Below, in pieces: positions 26,277-39,308 of a stretch of 64,000 bases of DNA. The notes beneath the pieces were generated by a model. The model was not told the origin of the DNA and made no database searches. It saw only the letters and a program-made list of their open reading frames with translations. The stretch's first letter is position 1. The number at the start of each line of letters is the position of its first letter. The position numbers and the translations under genes are program-made. The stretch comes from Eledone cirrhosa (lineage: Eukaryota): positions 94,798,001 to 94,862,000 of the forward strand of contig OZ024744.1 of NCBI GenBank assembly GCA_964016885.1. Direction: 5' to 3'.

Positions 26277-26821
26277 ATCTATCAATGTTGTGTAATGATA
26301 TTTAGTGTGTGTTCGTTAGCATACATGTATGTATCCGTGTGAGTGTCCATTGTGAAGAAAATTATTATCATTGCAGCGTTAATTCATTATTGCATGAGAC
26401 CTTCGTTAGAGATGTAAGATTTAAAAAAAAATTTTTTTTTCATTTTTTAAAATATTTTCATTTTTTTTTTGTTGAAATTTTACAGATTATTAACAATTAT
26501 AATTTCTTACATAGGCACAAATGCCACAAATTGGTGGTAGGGGAGGGTGTTGTTATTTAATTAAGTCAACCTCAACCATTTCGACTGCTTACATATTTAA
26601 TCAACTTTCAGAGAAGGGTTGAATAAAAGGCAAAAGTTGACTTCAGTGGGATTATATATACACCTTATAACAGATTAAATGCTATGTGGTAATTAGCTAT
26701 ATATATATAAATATATATAGCTAATTACAGCATAGCATTTAATCTGGTTCTCCACCGATTTTGACATACACTGCTTTATTTATGTAAAATAACTGTTTCT
26801 AACATAAGCTGTTTAATAATA

Positions 26822-27226
26822 ATAATTGTTTCTACTTTTGGCACAAGGCCAGCAATTACCCAGTGTATTACTGGTACTTTATTTTATCGACCCCGTAAGG
26901 ATGAAAGGCAAAGTTAACCTCGGCGGGATTTGAACTCAGAATGGCAAGGGCCGTAACTCTATGCTGCAAAGCATGGCGTCTGACCCTCTACCGATACTGC
27001 CAATCCACTGTCCATTATTATTATTAATAAGGGCGGTGGATTGGCAGTATCGGTAAAGGGTCAGACACCATGCTTTCCAGCATAGTTACGTCCCTTTACG
27101 ATCTGAGTTCAAATCCCGCCGAGGTTGACTTTGCCTTTCATCCTTACGGGGTCGATAAAATAAAGTACCAGTAATGCACTGGGTAATTGCTGGCCTTGTG
27201 CCTAAAGTAGAAACAATTATTATTAT
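26822..27226. mobile_element. Head-to-head pair of full-length Meta-type SINEs
   Basis: 26822-27012 (-) and 27031-27226 (+), with (TAA)n tails pointing outward. Confidence 0.85.
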
Positions 27227-27677
27227 TAATAATAATTAATAATAATAATGATGATGATGGTGATGATGATGATGATGACAATGATGATGGTAATGATGAC
27301 GATTTTTAACATAGGTAAAAAGGCCACACATTTTCGGGTAAGAGGGTGGTGGGGTTTTTGTCAATATTATATTGACATAGTACATGACTGGTATCAAGTA
27401 CCCTCCAACCCCACCACCCTGCAGAAAGATGAGAAGTAAAGTTGACCATGGTGGAATTTAAAGTGAATGATGGTTTTTGGACATTAATTAATAATTAATA
27501 ATGAAATTATTACTGACGAAAAAAAAAAAATTAATAAATGAGCAAAATAAATAAAATAAATAAATAAAATAAAACAACAAAAACACAAAAGTTAAAAATT
27601 GCTTTATAATATATATTTTCTTCTTTAATGTCTCAAAAAAACAACATAAAAGCAACAACAAATGTATGCATGTGTAC

Positions 27678-28800
27678 TGGTGGTGATAGGGTTGGTGTTG
27701 GTGTTTGTGGTGGTGGTGTTGGTAGTGGCGTTGGTGGTGATAGGGTTGGTGTTTGTGTGTATAAGTGAGGTGTTGGTGGTGGTGTTGGTGTTTGTGTTGG
27801 TAGTGTTGGTAGTGGTGTTGGTGTTTGTGGTGTTGGTGTTGGTGTTTGTGGTGGTGGTCTTGGTAGTGGCATTGATGGTGATAGGGTTGGTGTTTGTGTG
27901 TATAAGTGAGATGTTGGTGGTGGTGTTGGTGGTGGTGGTGGTCTTGGTAGTGGCGTTGGTGGTGATAGGGTTGGTGTTTGTGTGTATAAGTGAGATGTTG
28001 GTGGTGGTGTTGGTGGTGGTGGTGGTGTTGGTGGTGGTGGTGGTCTTGGTAGTGGCGTTGGTGGTGATAGGGTTGGTGTTTGTGTGTATAAGTGAGATGT
28101 TGGTGGTGGTGTTGGTGGTGGTGGTGGTCTTGGTAGTGGCGTTGGTGGTGATAGGGTTGGTGTTTGTGTGTATAAGTGAGATGTTGGTGGTGGTGTTGGT
28201 GTTTGTGGTGGTGGTGTTGGTAGTGGCGTTGGTGGTGATAGGGTTGGTGTTTGTGTGTATAAGTGAGGTGTTGGTGGTGGTGTTGGTGTTTGTGGTGTTG
28301 GTGTTGGTGTTTGTGGTGGTGGTCTTGGTAGTGGCATTGATGGTGATAGGGTTGGTGTTTGTGTGTATAAGTGAGATGTTGGTGGTGGTCTTGGAAGTGG
28401 CGTTGGTGGTGATAGGGTTGGTGTTTGTGTGTATAAGTGAGGTGTTGGTGGTGGTGTTGGTGGTGGTGGTGGTGGTCTTGGTAGTGGCATTGGTGGTGAT
28501 AGGGTTGGTGTTTGTGTGTATAAGTGAGATGTTGGTGGTGGTGTTTGTGGTGTTGGTGGTGGTGGTGGTGTTTGTGGTGGTGGTGTTGGTGTTTGTGGTG
28601 GTGGTGGTGGTCTTGGTAGTGGCGTTGGTGGTGATAGGGTTGGTGTTTGTGTGTATAAGTGAGGTGTTGGTGGTGGTGTTGGTGTTGGTGTTTGTGGTGA
28701 TGGTGTTGGTGTTTGTGGTAGTGGTCTTGGTAGTGGCGTTGGTGGTGATAGGGTGGGTTGTTGTTTGTGGTGGTGGTGGTGGTGGTAGTGTTGGTAGTGT
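27678..28800. repeat. GGT-rich minisatellite (core GTAGTGGCGTTGGTGGTGATAGGGTTGGTGTTTGTGTGTATAAGTGAG)
   Basis: About 12 variable-length units. Confidence 0.9.
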
Positions 28801-29099
28801 GTATATGTGAGGTGTTGGTGTTCGTGATAGTGTTGTTGTTAGTGGTCGCGATAGTGTTGGTGGTGATAGTGTTGGTGGTGTTGGTGTTGGTGTTTGTGAT
28901 GTTGATGGTGGTGGTGTTGGTGGTAGTGTATATAAGTGAGGTGTTGGTGTGGTGGTATTGGTGGTGTGTATGTGAAGTGGTGGTGATTGTGTTGGTGGTG
29001 ATAGTGTTGGTGGTGGTGGTGTGTATGTGAGGCGGTGGTGTTGTTGGTGTTTGTAGTGTTGGCGGTGGTGTGTATATGTGAGGTGGTGGTGATGTTAGT

Positions 29100-31015
29100 G
29101 GTGATAGTATTAGTCTTGGTGATAGTGTTGGTGTTGGTGATAGTGTTGGTGTTGGTGATAATGTTGGTGGTTGGTAATAGTGTTGGTGTTGGTGATAGTG
29201 TTGGTGTTGGTGATAGTGTTGGTGTTAGTGTTGGTGTTGGTGATAGTGTTGGTGTTGGTGATAATGTTGGTGTTGGTAATAGTGTTGGTGTTGGTGATAG
29301 TGTTGGTGTTGGTGATAGTGTTGGTGTTGGTGATAATGTTGGTGTTGGTAATAGTGTTGGTGTTGGTGATAGTGTTGGTGTTGGTGATAGTGTTGGTGTT
29401 GGTGATAATGTTGGTGTTGGTAGTAGTGTTGGTGTTGGTGATAGTGTTGGTGATAGTGTTGGTGTTGGTGATAGTGTTGGTGGTTGGTGATAATGTTGGT
29501 GTTGGTAATAGTGTTGGTGTTGGTGATAGTGTTGGTGTTGGTGATAGTGTTGGTGTTGGTGATAGTGTTGGTGGTTGGTAATAGTGTTGGTGTTGGTGAT
29601 AATGTTGGTGTTGGTGATAATGTTGGTGTTGGTGATAGTGTTGGTGATAGTGTTGGTGTTGGTGATAATGTTGGTGTTGGTGATAGTGTTGGTGTTGGTG
29701 ATAGTGTTGGTGTTGGTAATAGTGTTGGTGTTGGTGATAATGTTGGTGTTGGTGATAATGTTGGTGTTGGTGATAGTGTTGGTGTTGGTGATAGTGTTGG
29801 TGTTGGTGATAGTGTTGGTGTTGGTAATAGTGTTGGTGTTGGTGATAGTGTTGGTGTTGGTGATAGTGTTGGTGTTGGTGATAGTGTTGGTGTTGGTAAT
29901 AGTGTTGGTGTTGGTGATAGTGTTGGTGTTGGTGATAGTGTTGGTGGTTGGTGATAATATTGGTGGTTGGTAATAGTGTTGGTGTTGGTGATAGTGTTGG
30001 TGTTGGTGATAGTGTTGGTGTTGGTGATAGTGTTGGTGGTTGGTAATAGTGTTGGTGTTGGTGATAATGTTGGTGTTGGTGATAGTGTTGGTGTTGGTGA
30101 TAGTGTTGGTGTTGGTGATAATGTTGGTGTTGGTGATAATGTTGGTGTTGGTGATAGTGTTGGTGTTGGTGATAGTGTTGGTGTTGGTGATAGTGTTGGT
30201 GTTGGTGATAGTGTTGGTGTTGGTAATAGTGTTGGTGTTGGTGATAGTGTTGGTGTTGGTGATAATGTTGGTGTTGGTGATAGTGTTGGTGTTGGTGATA
30301 GTGTTGGTGTTGGTGATAGTGATAGTGTTGGTGTTGGTGATAGTGTTGGTGTTGGTGATAATGTTGGTGATAGTGTTGGTGTTGGTGATAATGTTGGTGT
30401 TGGTGATAGTGTTGGTGATAGTGTTGGTGTTGGTGATAGTGTTGGTGTTGGTGATAATGTTGGTGTTGGTAATAGTGTTGGTGTTGGTGATAGTGTTGGT
30501 GTTGGTGATAGTGTTGGTGTTAGTGTTGGTGTTGGTGATAGTGTTGGTGTTGGTGATAATGTTGGTGTTGGTAATAGTGTTGGTGTTGGTGATAGTGTTG
30601 GTGTTGGTAATAGTGTTGGTGTTGGTGATAGTGTTGGTGTTGGTAATAGTGTTGGTGTTGGTGATAGTGTTGGTGTTGGTGATAATGTTGGTGTTGGTGA
30701 TAGTGTTGGTGTTGGTGATAGTGTTGGTGTTGGTGATAATGTTGGTGTTGGTGATGGTGTTGGTGATAGTGTTGGTGTTGGTGATAATGTTGGTGTTGGT
30801 GATAATGTTGGTCTTAGTGATAATGTTGGTGTTGGTGATAATGTTGGTGTTGGTGATAATGTTGGTCTTAGTGATAATGTTGGTCTTAGTGATAATGTTG
30901 GTGTTGGTGATAATGTTGGTGTTGGTGATAATGTTGGTCTTAGTGATAATGTTGGTCTTAGTGATAATGTTGGTGTTGGTGATAATGTTGGTGTTGGTGA
31001 TAATGTTGGTGGTGT
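29100..31015. repeat. 18-bp minisatellite (GTTGGTGTTGGTGATAGT)
   Basis: About 100 tandem units with GATAAT, AATAGT and CTTAGT variants. Confidence 0.95.
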
Positions 31016-31179
31016 TTAGAGACAGATGTGTGTGTGTGTAGATGTAATATTGCTCAAAATTTGTGAAAAAAAAATGTCAATTTTAATAAAATGAACAGTG
31101 TTTAATACCACAGGGAGATATATTATTATTATTATTATTATTGCACACAATCTTTTATGAGTAGTATGTCTATGTCTAC

Positions 31180-31289
<110 letters not shown>

Positions 31290-31478
31290 CTGCTTTTATT
31301 TATATATACGGATATACATGTATAAGACCTATATAAGAGTAAATGTGTGTGTATGTACGTGTGTCTGCCTTTATAAATATATGTATATATATATATATAC
31401 ACATATATATATGTATATATATACATACATATATACACACATATATATATATATATATATACACATATATATATAGAT

Positions 31479-31515
<37 letters not shown>

Positions 31516-31849
31516 CGAATATGCATGTATAGTAAGTGTTTATATATGGATAAATGAGTGTGTGTGTGTATGAGTGCAAGTATATGTGTGTATTATGTAT
31601 AAAGATGTGTATGTGTACATAAAAAAGTCAACTGTCAAATATATATGCTTAAATCATGGTTATTACAAAAAAAATTGTATACTTTTGTTCCCTCAAAAAT
31701 TCTAAAATTTCGATTAAAATAAAAAGAATATAAATCTACTAATGAAAATATATTTGTGCTTTCAACTTTGTTTCACGTGTAACATACATATTAACACATA
31801 CACTATATTACACAATGCATAAATTACACATTATTATTATTATTATTAT

Positions 31850-32130
31850 TATTTCCATTATTAGTTTTATTGCACATCATTACTGCTTTACCGAGCACAG
31901 CTCTGTGTGCCTTGGTTATGTGCAGTGTAGTTTTTGCTGATTTTGTTTCTATTGTATTGATAGTACTTTTCGTAATATGTGTGCAGTCTTTTGTATGCTG
32001 TATATATTTGTAAGTCCTGGGGTGGTTTTGGCTATGTATTTGTCTGTGTGTGTGTGTGTTTTTTTTATCATATCATTCCTAGAGCACCTATAATTATAGG
32101 TTTTGTTTCTGTTTTCATTTTCCACATTCA
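31850..32130 (-). mobile_element. R4/Dong-like RLE retrotransposon 3' remnant
   Basis: PIIIGALGMI..KYIAKT..IQKTA..HILRKVLS. Confidence 0.55.
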
Positions 32131-32392
32131 AGTTATTTTTTATATGCGCACTCTACATGACAATTCATACTTCAAATTTTACAAAAAAACAAACAAAAAA
32201 AAAACACCAAAAACATTTCAAATCTGTTCACTTGTCTTAAATAACGAGTTAAAACAAAAGTAGTATTTTTTCCTTTCTACTTTATTTCGATTATTATTAC
32301 AGGGAGGTTATATAATTACCATAATTGATTAATTAATATAATTAATTCTCATAAACAACAAATATTTTAATATATATATATATATGTATATA

Positions 32393-32470
32393 CCGGGTGC
32401 TCCAAAAAAATATATACATACATTTATTAGAATGCTCTTGAAATCATATACATTTTTTGGGACACCCTAT
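32393..32470. mobile_element. Tc1/mariner-type MITE
   Basis: TA|CCGGGTGCTCCAAAAAA ... TTTTTTGGGACACCCTA|TA. Confidence 0.5.
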
Positions 32471-32802
32471 ATATATAAATATATATATAAGTTTAAAGAG
32501 GATTAAGCTATTAGAAATTTAGGGATATCCCTGTATCATAATCCTGTTCACAACTAGGTGGCGGATTTATAGGATTATAAATTGACCCCCAGAAGAATTG
32601 AATATTTAAGTTCACTCCAATAGGATTTTGAACTCAGAATATAAAAAAAAGTGTATATATATATATATATATATAGATATAGATATATACATATATATAT
32701 AAGACTCTTTTCCTACTATAATAAGCGTAAAACTAATAATATATTTCTTCATTGTACTGTGTTGTTTGCTTTATTATTTCTGTTTGCTTTTTGTATATAT
32801 AC

Positions 32803-32853
<51 letters not shown>

Positions 32854-32936
32854 TATATGTATATATATATGTATATATATATATCAGCAAGTAATTTTAT
32901 AATGTTTTAATGATTTTGCCATTTCCTACAGTATTG

Positions 32937-32980
<44 letters not shown>

Positions 32981-33532
32981 GTTATTATTATTATCATCAT
33001 TTTAATTTCTTTTATTTCATTTTCATACCTAGATCTATTAGTTCCAGATAAAAAAAACAAAAAAACTGAAAGTGAGATATTTTTTGTGTTAAATGACATT
33101 CTTTTACCCTCATAGAATACCATAAGGAATATTAAAAGTTTGGTTAGAGATTTACATAAACTTTAAACTTTACTAGATATCTAAATATATCATGTAGACA
33201 GAATTTACAAGATTTATTAATAATAAATGTACTCCACATATTTATTAGAAATATAAGGAGTCACTTTCTTTTCAGTTTTTCTCCATTATATATATATATA
33301 TATATATATGTTGTTAAACTATCTAATAGACTATACAATGACACACACAAATGTAATTAATACCTGTAGTAAATTAATCTAAAAATGTGATGAAAATAAT
33401 AAAAAAAAAAAAGAAAACAGAAAATTCAATTTTTAACAAAGTGTTATAAAAAGTTTTTGTCTTCAACAAAATTGTGTGTGTGTGTTTGTGTGTATGTGTG
33501 TGTGTATATATATATACATACATATACATACT

Positions 33533-33565
<33 letters not shown>

Positions 33566-33628
33566 TGTGTATGTTCATATGTATGTATATATACACACAT
33601 AATACACACACACACACACTAATAGAAA

Positions 33629-33668
<40 letters not shown>

Positions 33669-33673
<5 letters not shown>

Positions 33674-34122
33674 TAAAAAAACGAAAAAATCAGTGATGCA
33701 TCTGGACTCAGTTTATTGCGTGTTACAATTGTTTCGCCGGCAGGTAGCTCGAAACATGGTCCCTGTATGGATCTAGCTGATTCTACAGCTGCAGGTTCTT
33801 CACTCGAGACATGGTCCCTGTATGGATCTGGCTGATTCTACGGCTGCAGGTTCCTTCGGACACGGGTAGTTCTTTCAGAGAAAATTTGCTCCGAACAAAC
33901 TACCCGTGTCTGAAAGAACCTGCAGCCGTAGAATCAGCCAGATCCATACAGGGACCATGTCTCGAGCTACCTGCCGGCGAAACAATTGTAACACGCAATA
34001 AACTGAGTCCAGATGCATCACTGATTTTTTCGTTTTTTTTATACTATCCACACTCTGCTCTGTATGAATATTGAGTGCTAATTTTGGCATACCGCCTATG
34101 GAAGCACCATAGCTACCATTAT
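33669..34122. repeat. Family C asymmetric fold-back (arms 33669-33870 / 33898-34047, ~75-nt tail); internal duplication in the left arm
   Basis: Inverted arms read directly; TA-flanked. A related single-arm copy lies at 51008-51270. Confidence 0.9.
33905..33995 (+). ncRNA. Hammerhead with large stem II insertion (family C)
   Basis: CGTGT CTGAAAGA ..~60 nt.. GAAAC AATT GTA ACACG; palindromic stem III ACAATTGT. Confidence 0.65.
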
Positions 34123-34128
34123 ACACAC

Positions 34129-34174
<46 letters not shown>

Positions 34175-34300
34175 GGATGTATGCTTACATATATAATATG
34201 TATGCTTATATAATATAAACTTGTATTAAGCATTTTCATTATATATTCTAAAGTTAAAATAAAATAAAATAATAATAACAATAATAATAGTAGTAATAAC

Positions 34301-34338
<38 letters not shown>

Positions 34339-34611
34339 CAACAACAACAACAACAACAATAACAGCACAAAGGAAGCTAAATGTTTTGTCTACGTGGAAA
34401 GTATGACACTGAATTTCATTACAGATATAAGTAGTGACTTACTAACACACAAACACTGCACAACAGTTACTCACATACACATGCATATACACACACACTT
34501 GCATATACACAAACACTTGCATATACACACACACGCACATGCATATACAACAAACACGCACACGATTATATTTCATGATAAACATACAGAGCAATACTAC
34601 ATTGTCATATA

Positions 34612-34644
<33 letters not shown>

Positions 34645-34674
34645 GTGTATATATATGTAAATATATATATAAAT

Positions 34675-34726
<52 letters not shown>

Positions 34727-34831
34727 GGACTATACCCCTTGATAAGTTCAGCTAGATTCCTGCCATTCTAATACTGCTGGCTTCGTTCAGATCTAACTGT
34801 TGAAACGGCTGGAGCTCAGCCGTTGGGGTCC
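34727..34831 (+). ncRNA. Stand-alone hammerhead, U3-A8 core variant (family J)
   Basis: ACCCC TTGATAA gttCAGcTAGAT..ATCTAaCTGtt GAAAC GGC..GCC GTT GGGGT; TA-flanked. Confidence 0.75.
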
Positions 34832-35269
34832 TGAATCTCTTCATATATATATATATATACATATATACATATATGTGTGTGTATCTGTGTGTGTGTATGT
34901 GTGAGTGTGAGTGTGTGTTCTTTACAAGTCTTAATTACGTAGTAGGTTCTTTTCTTGAAAGATTGAAATATTTTCTTAACCTCTGATCTGAGTGAGAAGA
35001 ATATTTTAGAAGAGCTATTCATATCAAACACACATCTACATAGCTTGATGAGAAAATCAATAACTCCTTCATTACTTCATTAGTTCATTACTTGTATGAA
35101 TTGCTTTAATCAATCAACATTTACTAATATATTTCAATGTTTTTTTTTTTTGTTTATTTTTCAGTTTTGTTTTTTTAAGACACCAATGAAATATCTATCC
35201 AAACAATTGGTTTGAAGCAACTTGTAAATTGTAGAAAACAATATAAGAAACAGTCTAAATTTTCATGAT

Positions 35270-35501
35270 TTAACCCTTTAGTATTAAACCGGCTGTTCCA
35301 CCTTACCTCTTTCTGTTCAAAACCGGCCATAACTGGCCGGTCATACTGTTGTTGAGGTATTGTTCTCAAAATAAAATAAATTATAACATCATCAAAATCT
35401 CATAGATTCAATATTATGTGAGATAATTATGTGAGGTAAAGCCTTTACTGCTAAAATACAATAGTATATATATAGAGTAATATAAATGCTAAAGGGTTTA
35501 A
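35270..35501 (+). mobile_element. piggyBac-type MITE
   Basis: TTAA|CCCTTTAG...GCTAAAGGG|TTTAA. Confidence 0.7.
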
Positions 35502-35531
35502 TGCTTTTTTTTTTTTTTTGTTAACCATGAC

Positions 35532-35565
<34 letters not shown>

Positions 35566-36056
35566 ATTATTATTGTTGTTGTTTTTGTTGAAAGAACAAT
35601 TTAAAGATTCACATTATTTCAATAGTTTGCAGATGTCTCTATATAATTTCAACATACAGTGCTAAGAGAGGAATGACTACTTCGACAAATATGCAATTAC
35701 TGGGAAAAAAACTCTATAATTCTACACATTTTAAATGGTTGGTCTTTTTCAAACGTTTTGGTACCAAACAATATTTACAAACTTTCACACATATATATAT
35801 CTATATATCTTATTTAGAAGATTTAGGAGACATATATATATACATATATACATATATAGTATAGTGTATATAATATATATGCATATATATTTAGGAGACA
35901 ATTATATATGTATGTGTAAACATACATACATACACATATATATATAGTGTAGTGTATATAATATATGCATATATATTAGGAGACAATTATATATGTATAT
36001 ATAGTGTATATAATACATATGTATGTATTATACTACAAATATATATATAGCATAGA

Positions 36057-36124
<68 letters not shown>

Positions 36125-36671
36125 ATATACTAAAATTAACTTATGGCCACCAAAGAATTATATATATGTATATATATAATTTTTTTTTTCTCCCTTCTTG
36201 TTAATCAATTTATTTGCTAATTGTTATATTACTTCCAACTCGTCCCAAAATCTACATATCAATTTGTACAAATCAGTACGAAAAGAATTCAGATTAATTC
36301 ATTAATTTTTTTTTTTCAAATAGTTTTTTTGTTTTTTTTTGTTGCTTTTTGATTTTGTTTTTCGGGGTTTGTAGTGATTGATATTGGGCCGTGTGGCAGA
36401 CTGAGATGTGACTAGCAGGAGAGAAGTTTCAAGTTGAATTTTTATAAAATTCTTAATAGATTTCTTTATTTTTCGTTAATTTGCTGACCAGTTTCGTATT
36501 TTGTACATTCTCATTTGCACACTGGACTTTCATGTTTTATTATTAAGATTAACATCATAATTATTATTATTAATATTATTATTATTATTATTATTATTAT
36601 GGTTTTTTTTATTAACAAGCACCATTCCGATTTTTGTGCCAAACCATTTCTCATTTTCTTTTCTTTCCTTC

Positions 36672-37016
36672 CTACAGGAGTCCTTCCATTTCTTCAGAGT
36701 TATCTTCAATATACTCTGATTTTACCTGTTCCTTCAGAATTTCTTGTTCTCCATCCTCTGCCGGCTTTTTCGTTTCAGCAGCTTCTGCTCCATCTTCCTC
36801 CTCCACCTTATTCTTTTCTGCCTCTTCCTGATCTTTCCCTTTTTCCTTTTGTTCCACCTCTTCTTTCTTTGGTTCTACAGAAGGCTCTGTTGAGATAGCA
36901 GGCTGTGTTGCCACAATCTTGTCATCGTGGGTATCCATGGAAACATCATCAGTGATTGTATTAGGTACATCGTTTTCTATTGGTTGACCAAATTCATTGC
37001 TACTTTTGGAAGTTTC
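36672..37016 (-). CDS. Probable terminal coding exon of an unidentified host gene (E/K-rich, disordered C-terminus)
   Basis: Acceptor TTTTTCTTTAG|GAA at 37017/37016, phase 0. Open frame ETSKSSNEFGQP..MDTHDD..EEMEGLL ending in TAG; non-repetitive, followed by AT-rich UTR-like sequence. Confidence 0.6.
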   Translation of the reverse strand, partial: ETSKSSNEFGQPIENDVPNTITDDVSMDTHDDKIVATQPAISTEPSVEPKKEEVEQKEKGKDQEEAEKNKVEEEDGAEAAETKKPAEDGEQEILKEQVKSEYIEDNSEEMEGLL

Positions 37017-37421
37017 CTAAAGAAAAATATAAAGTAAAATAAAAAAATAAAAATAAATAAAAATAAAAACAATGAAAAGAACAAAATATTGTATATACTC
37101 GCCTTATCTCCTTATCTATCAGTAGATAAGATACACCTCCTTTTTACATATAACATTTAAAATGTACCATACATTTTAAATTGACGTTTTGTATGTCACG
37201 TTGATAGATCACACCTCATTCCTATATACAACATACCATACAATTTAAATAACCCAAGCAAGCATGGAAAAACGGACGTAAAAGCAATGATGATGACGAT
37301 AACAATGATGATGATGAAGTTTTTTTATGTCATTGAAGTCACACTTCAATGTACCATATATTTCAAATTGAGGTTTTGTATGTCTAGATTATAAGTCACA
37401 CCTCTTTTCTATATGATATCT

Positions 37422-37840
37422 ACCAGGCATTTTAAATTGAGGTTTTGTAGGTCTAGTTGCTAAATCACACAATGTTCCAGACATTTTAAATTGAGGTTTT
37501 GTAGGTCTAGTTGCTAAATCACACAATGTACCAGACATTTTAAATTGAGGTTTTGTAGGTCTAGTTGCTAAATCACACAATGTACCAGACATTTTAAATT
37601 GAGGTTTTGTAGGTCTAGTTGCTAAATCACACAATTACTAGACATTTTAAATTGAGGTTTTGTAGGTCTAGTTGCTAAATCATACAATGTACCAGACATT
37701 TTAAATTGAGGTTTTGTAGGTCTAGTTGCTAAATCACACAATGTACCAGACATTTTAAATTGAGGTTTTGTAGGTCTAGTTGCTAAATCATACAATGTAC
37801 CAGACATTTTAAATTGAGGTTTTGTAGGTCTAGTTGCTAA
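37422..37840. repeat. 54-bp minisatellite, ~8 copies
   Basis: CCAGACATTTTAAATTGAGGTTTTGTAGGTCTAGTTGCTAAATCACACAATGTA; diverged monomers at 37160, 37350 and 38110. Confidence 0.95.
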
Positions 37841-38927
37841 ACAAGGAAGGTCACGTGTTGTCCTTCTCCGACACAACTCTTTCCCCTTTGAAAACCCTCC
37901 TGTTGATGGATGTGAAATCCAAAATATAGGGACTATTAAATCGTTTCCAGGGTAACTCTATCTCTATCGTTATTTTTTTTACACCTTTTTTACGATCTTT
38001 TACACTCTCTACGTCACTTCCTATGCTTCCTCATACTTCTCCCTCTCTCAGGTCAATACCACCTGGAGATTTACCCAATGCTTCAAGCAAACTTACAACT
38101 CTATCTTACAATGTACTATATATTTTGAATTAAGGTTTCGTATGTATAGTTAATGTTTTTTTTTTTACACCATATTTTCAAAAGAATGTGCAACATATAC
38201 GCAAATTATATATGGTACATTAGTAGTATATTAAGGGGCAGCTTGTAACATTCATAAATACAGCCCAAAAAACAAAAAAAAAATGAACATTCCAGCTTCC
38301 ACACAAAACAATTCTTGAGTAAGGTGTTTGATTCAGCTAGCATGTGCCCTTGAGCAAGACACTTTATTATTTCATATTACTCCTGTTGAATCAACTGCAA
38401 GACATGCCTTGTATCTGTAGTTCAAAGGGACAACCATGTCGCACAATGTGTCATGGTGAGTTTTCTTGAGAATTATTTTAAGGGTACATGCGACTGTGGA
38501 ATGCTCAGCCACTTACATATTAATTTCACAAGCAGATTGTTGTTCCCTTGGTTGAACAACAAGAACACCTGATGGAGGTCCAACAACAAAAACAACCTAA
38601 AATGGCTGTCTAAATATACATCCATTTTCTTCCTTTTCTTATTCCCATCTGTTTTTCTATTTTTTCTTCTATCCCTCATTCTATCTTCTGATGATGAAGG
38701 ACTAACATCTAAAACGTTAAGACTTTCTATATATCAAGCATACTATATAAAGCATTAAACTAATATATATCACCATTGTACTCTACTGTTCACACATGTT
38801 GTTTTTCCTTGTTGAATGTATATATATATATATAAATATATATGTAGAAGTTATATTTAGTGAATTTTCAACCGTCAAGGTTGTTTTCCATGGTTATGTC
38901 ACTATTTATAAAACAAATAAATTTTGT

Positions 38928-38990
38928 ATTTTATCTGATGAAAGCGCACCAAGATTAGCTTGGTCGCCCTTGAAATATATATAATATAAT
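38928..38990 (+). ncRNA. Type I hammerhead whose stem III is a TA repeat
   Basis: ATTTTAT CTGATGA AAG CG c ACCAAG attag CTTGGT CG cc CTT GAAA TATATA TA ATATAAT. Confidence 0.65.
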
Positions 38991-39194
38991 AATTAAAATA
39001 TATATAATAAAATAATTAAAATATATATAATAAAATAATTATGGTTTTATAAATATAGTTTGCATTTATTAATATATTGAATTATATAAATATATATATA
39101 AGGAACGATCGACTTTCGTCAAATCGGACCGAGGAAACAATGTTTCCGTTGGTCTTTCCAATTGCTAATACTATCTATCGGTCGCAACTCCAGG

Positions 39195-39308
39195 TAGAAG
39201 GAGCAACGTGAAATAAAGTGTCTTGCTCAAGGACATAACGCATCGCCCGGTCCAGGAATTGAACTCACAACCTCACGATTGCGTATCCAATTCTCTAACC
39301 ACTCAGCT
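39195..39308 (-). mobile_element. tRNA/CORE SINE head
   Basis: A box GAGTGGTTAG, B box GAGTTCAATTCC, CORE-like GTCCTTGAGCAAGACACTT. Confidence 0.75.

Noticed and set aside
27633-31041. Long Pro/Thr-rich, Val-rich and (VGVGDS)n ORFs
   Set aside because: Open in several frames on both strands because of trinucleotide-derived repeats; no splice or unique-domain evidence
37389-37876. 54-bp repeat array resembling CRISPR or a repeat protein
   Set aside because: Head-to-tail units without unique spacers, no cas genes, eukaryotic context, and the frame is broken
38684-38722. Hammerhead remnant TCTT CTGATGA tga AGGA..TCT AAAAC GTT AAGA (and a 5' half at ~5115-5135)
   Set aside because: G12 lost and core duplicated; counted only as a decayed relic
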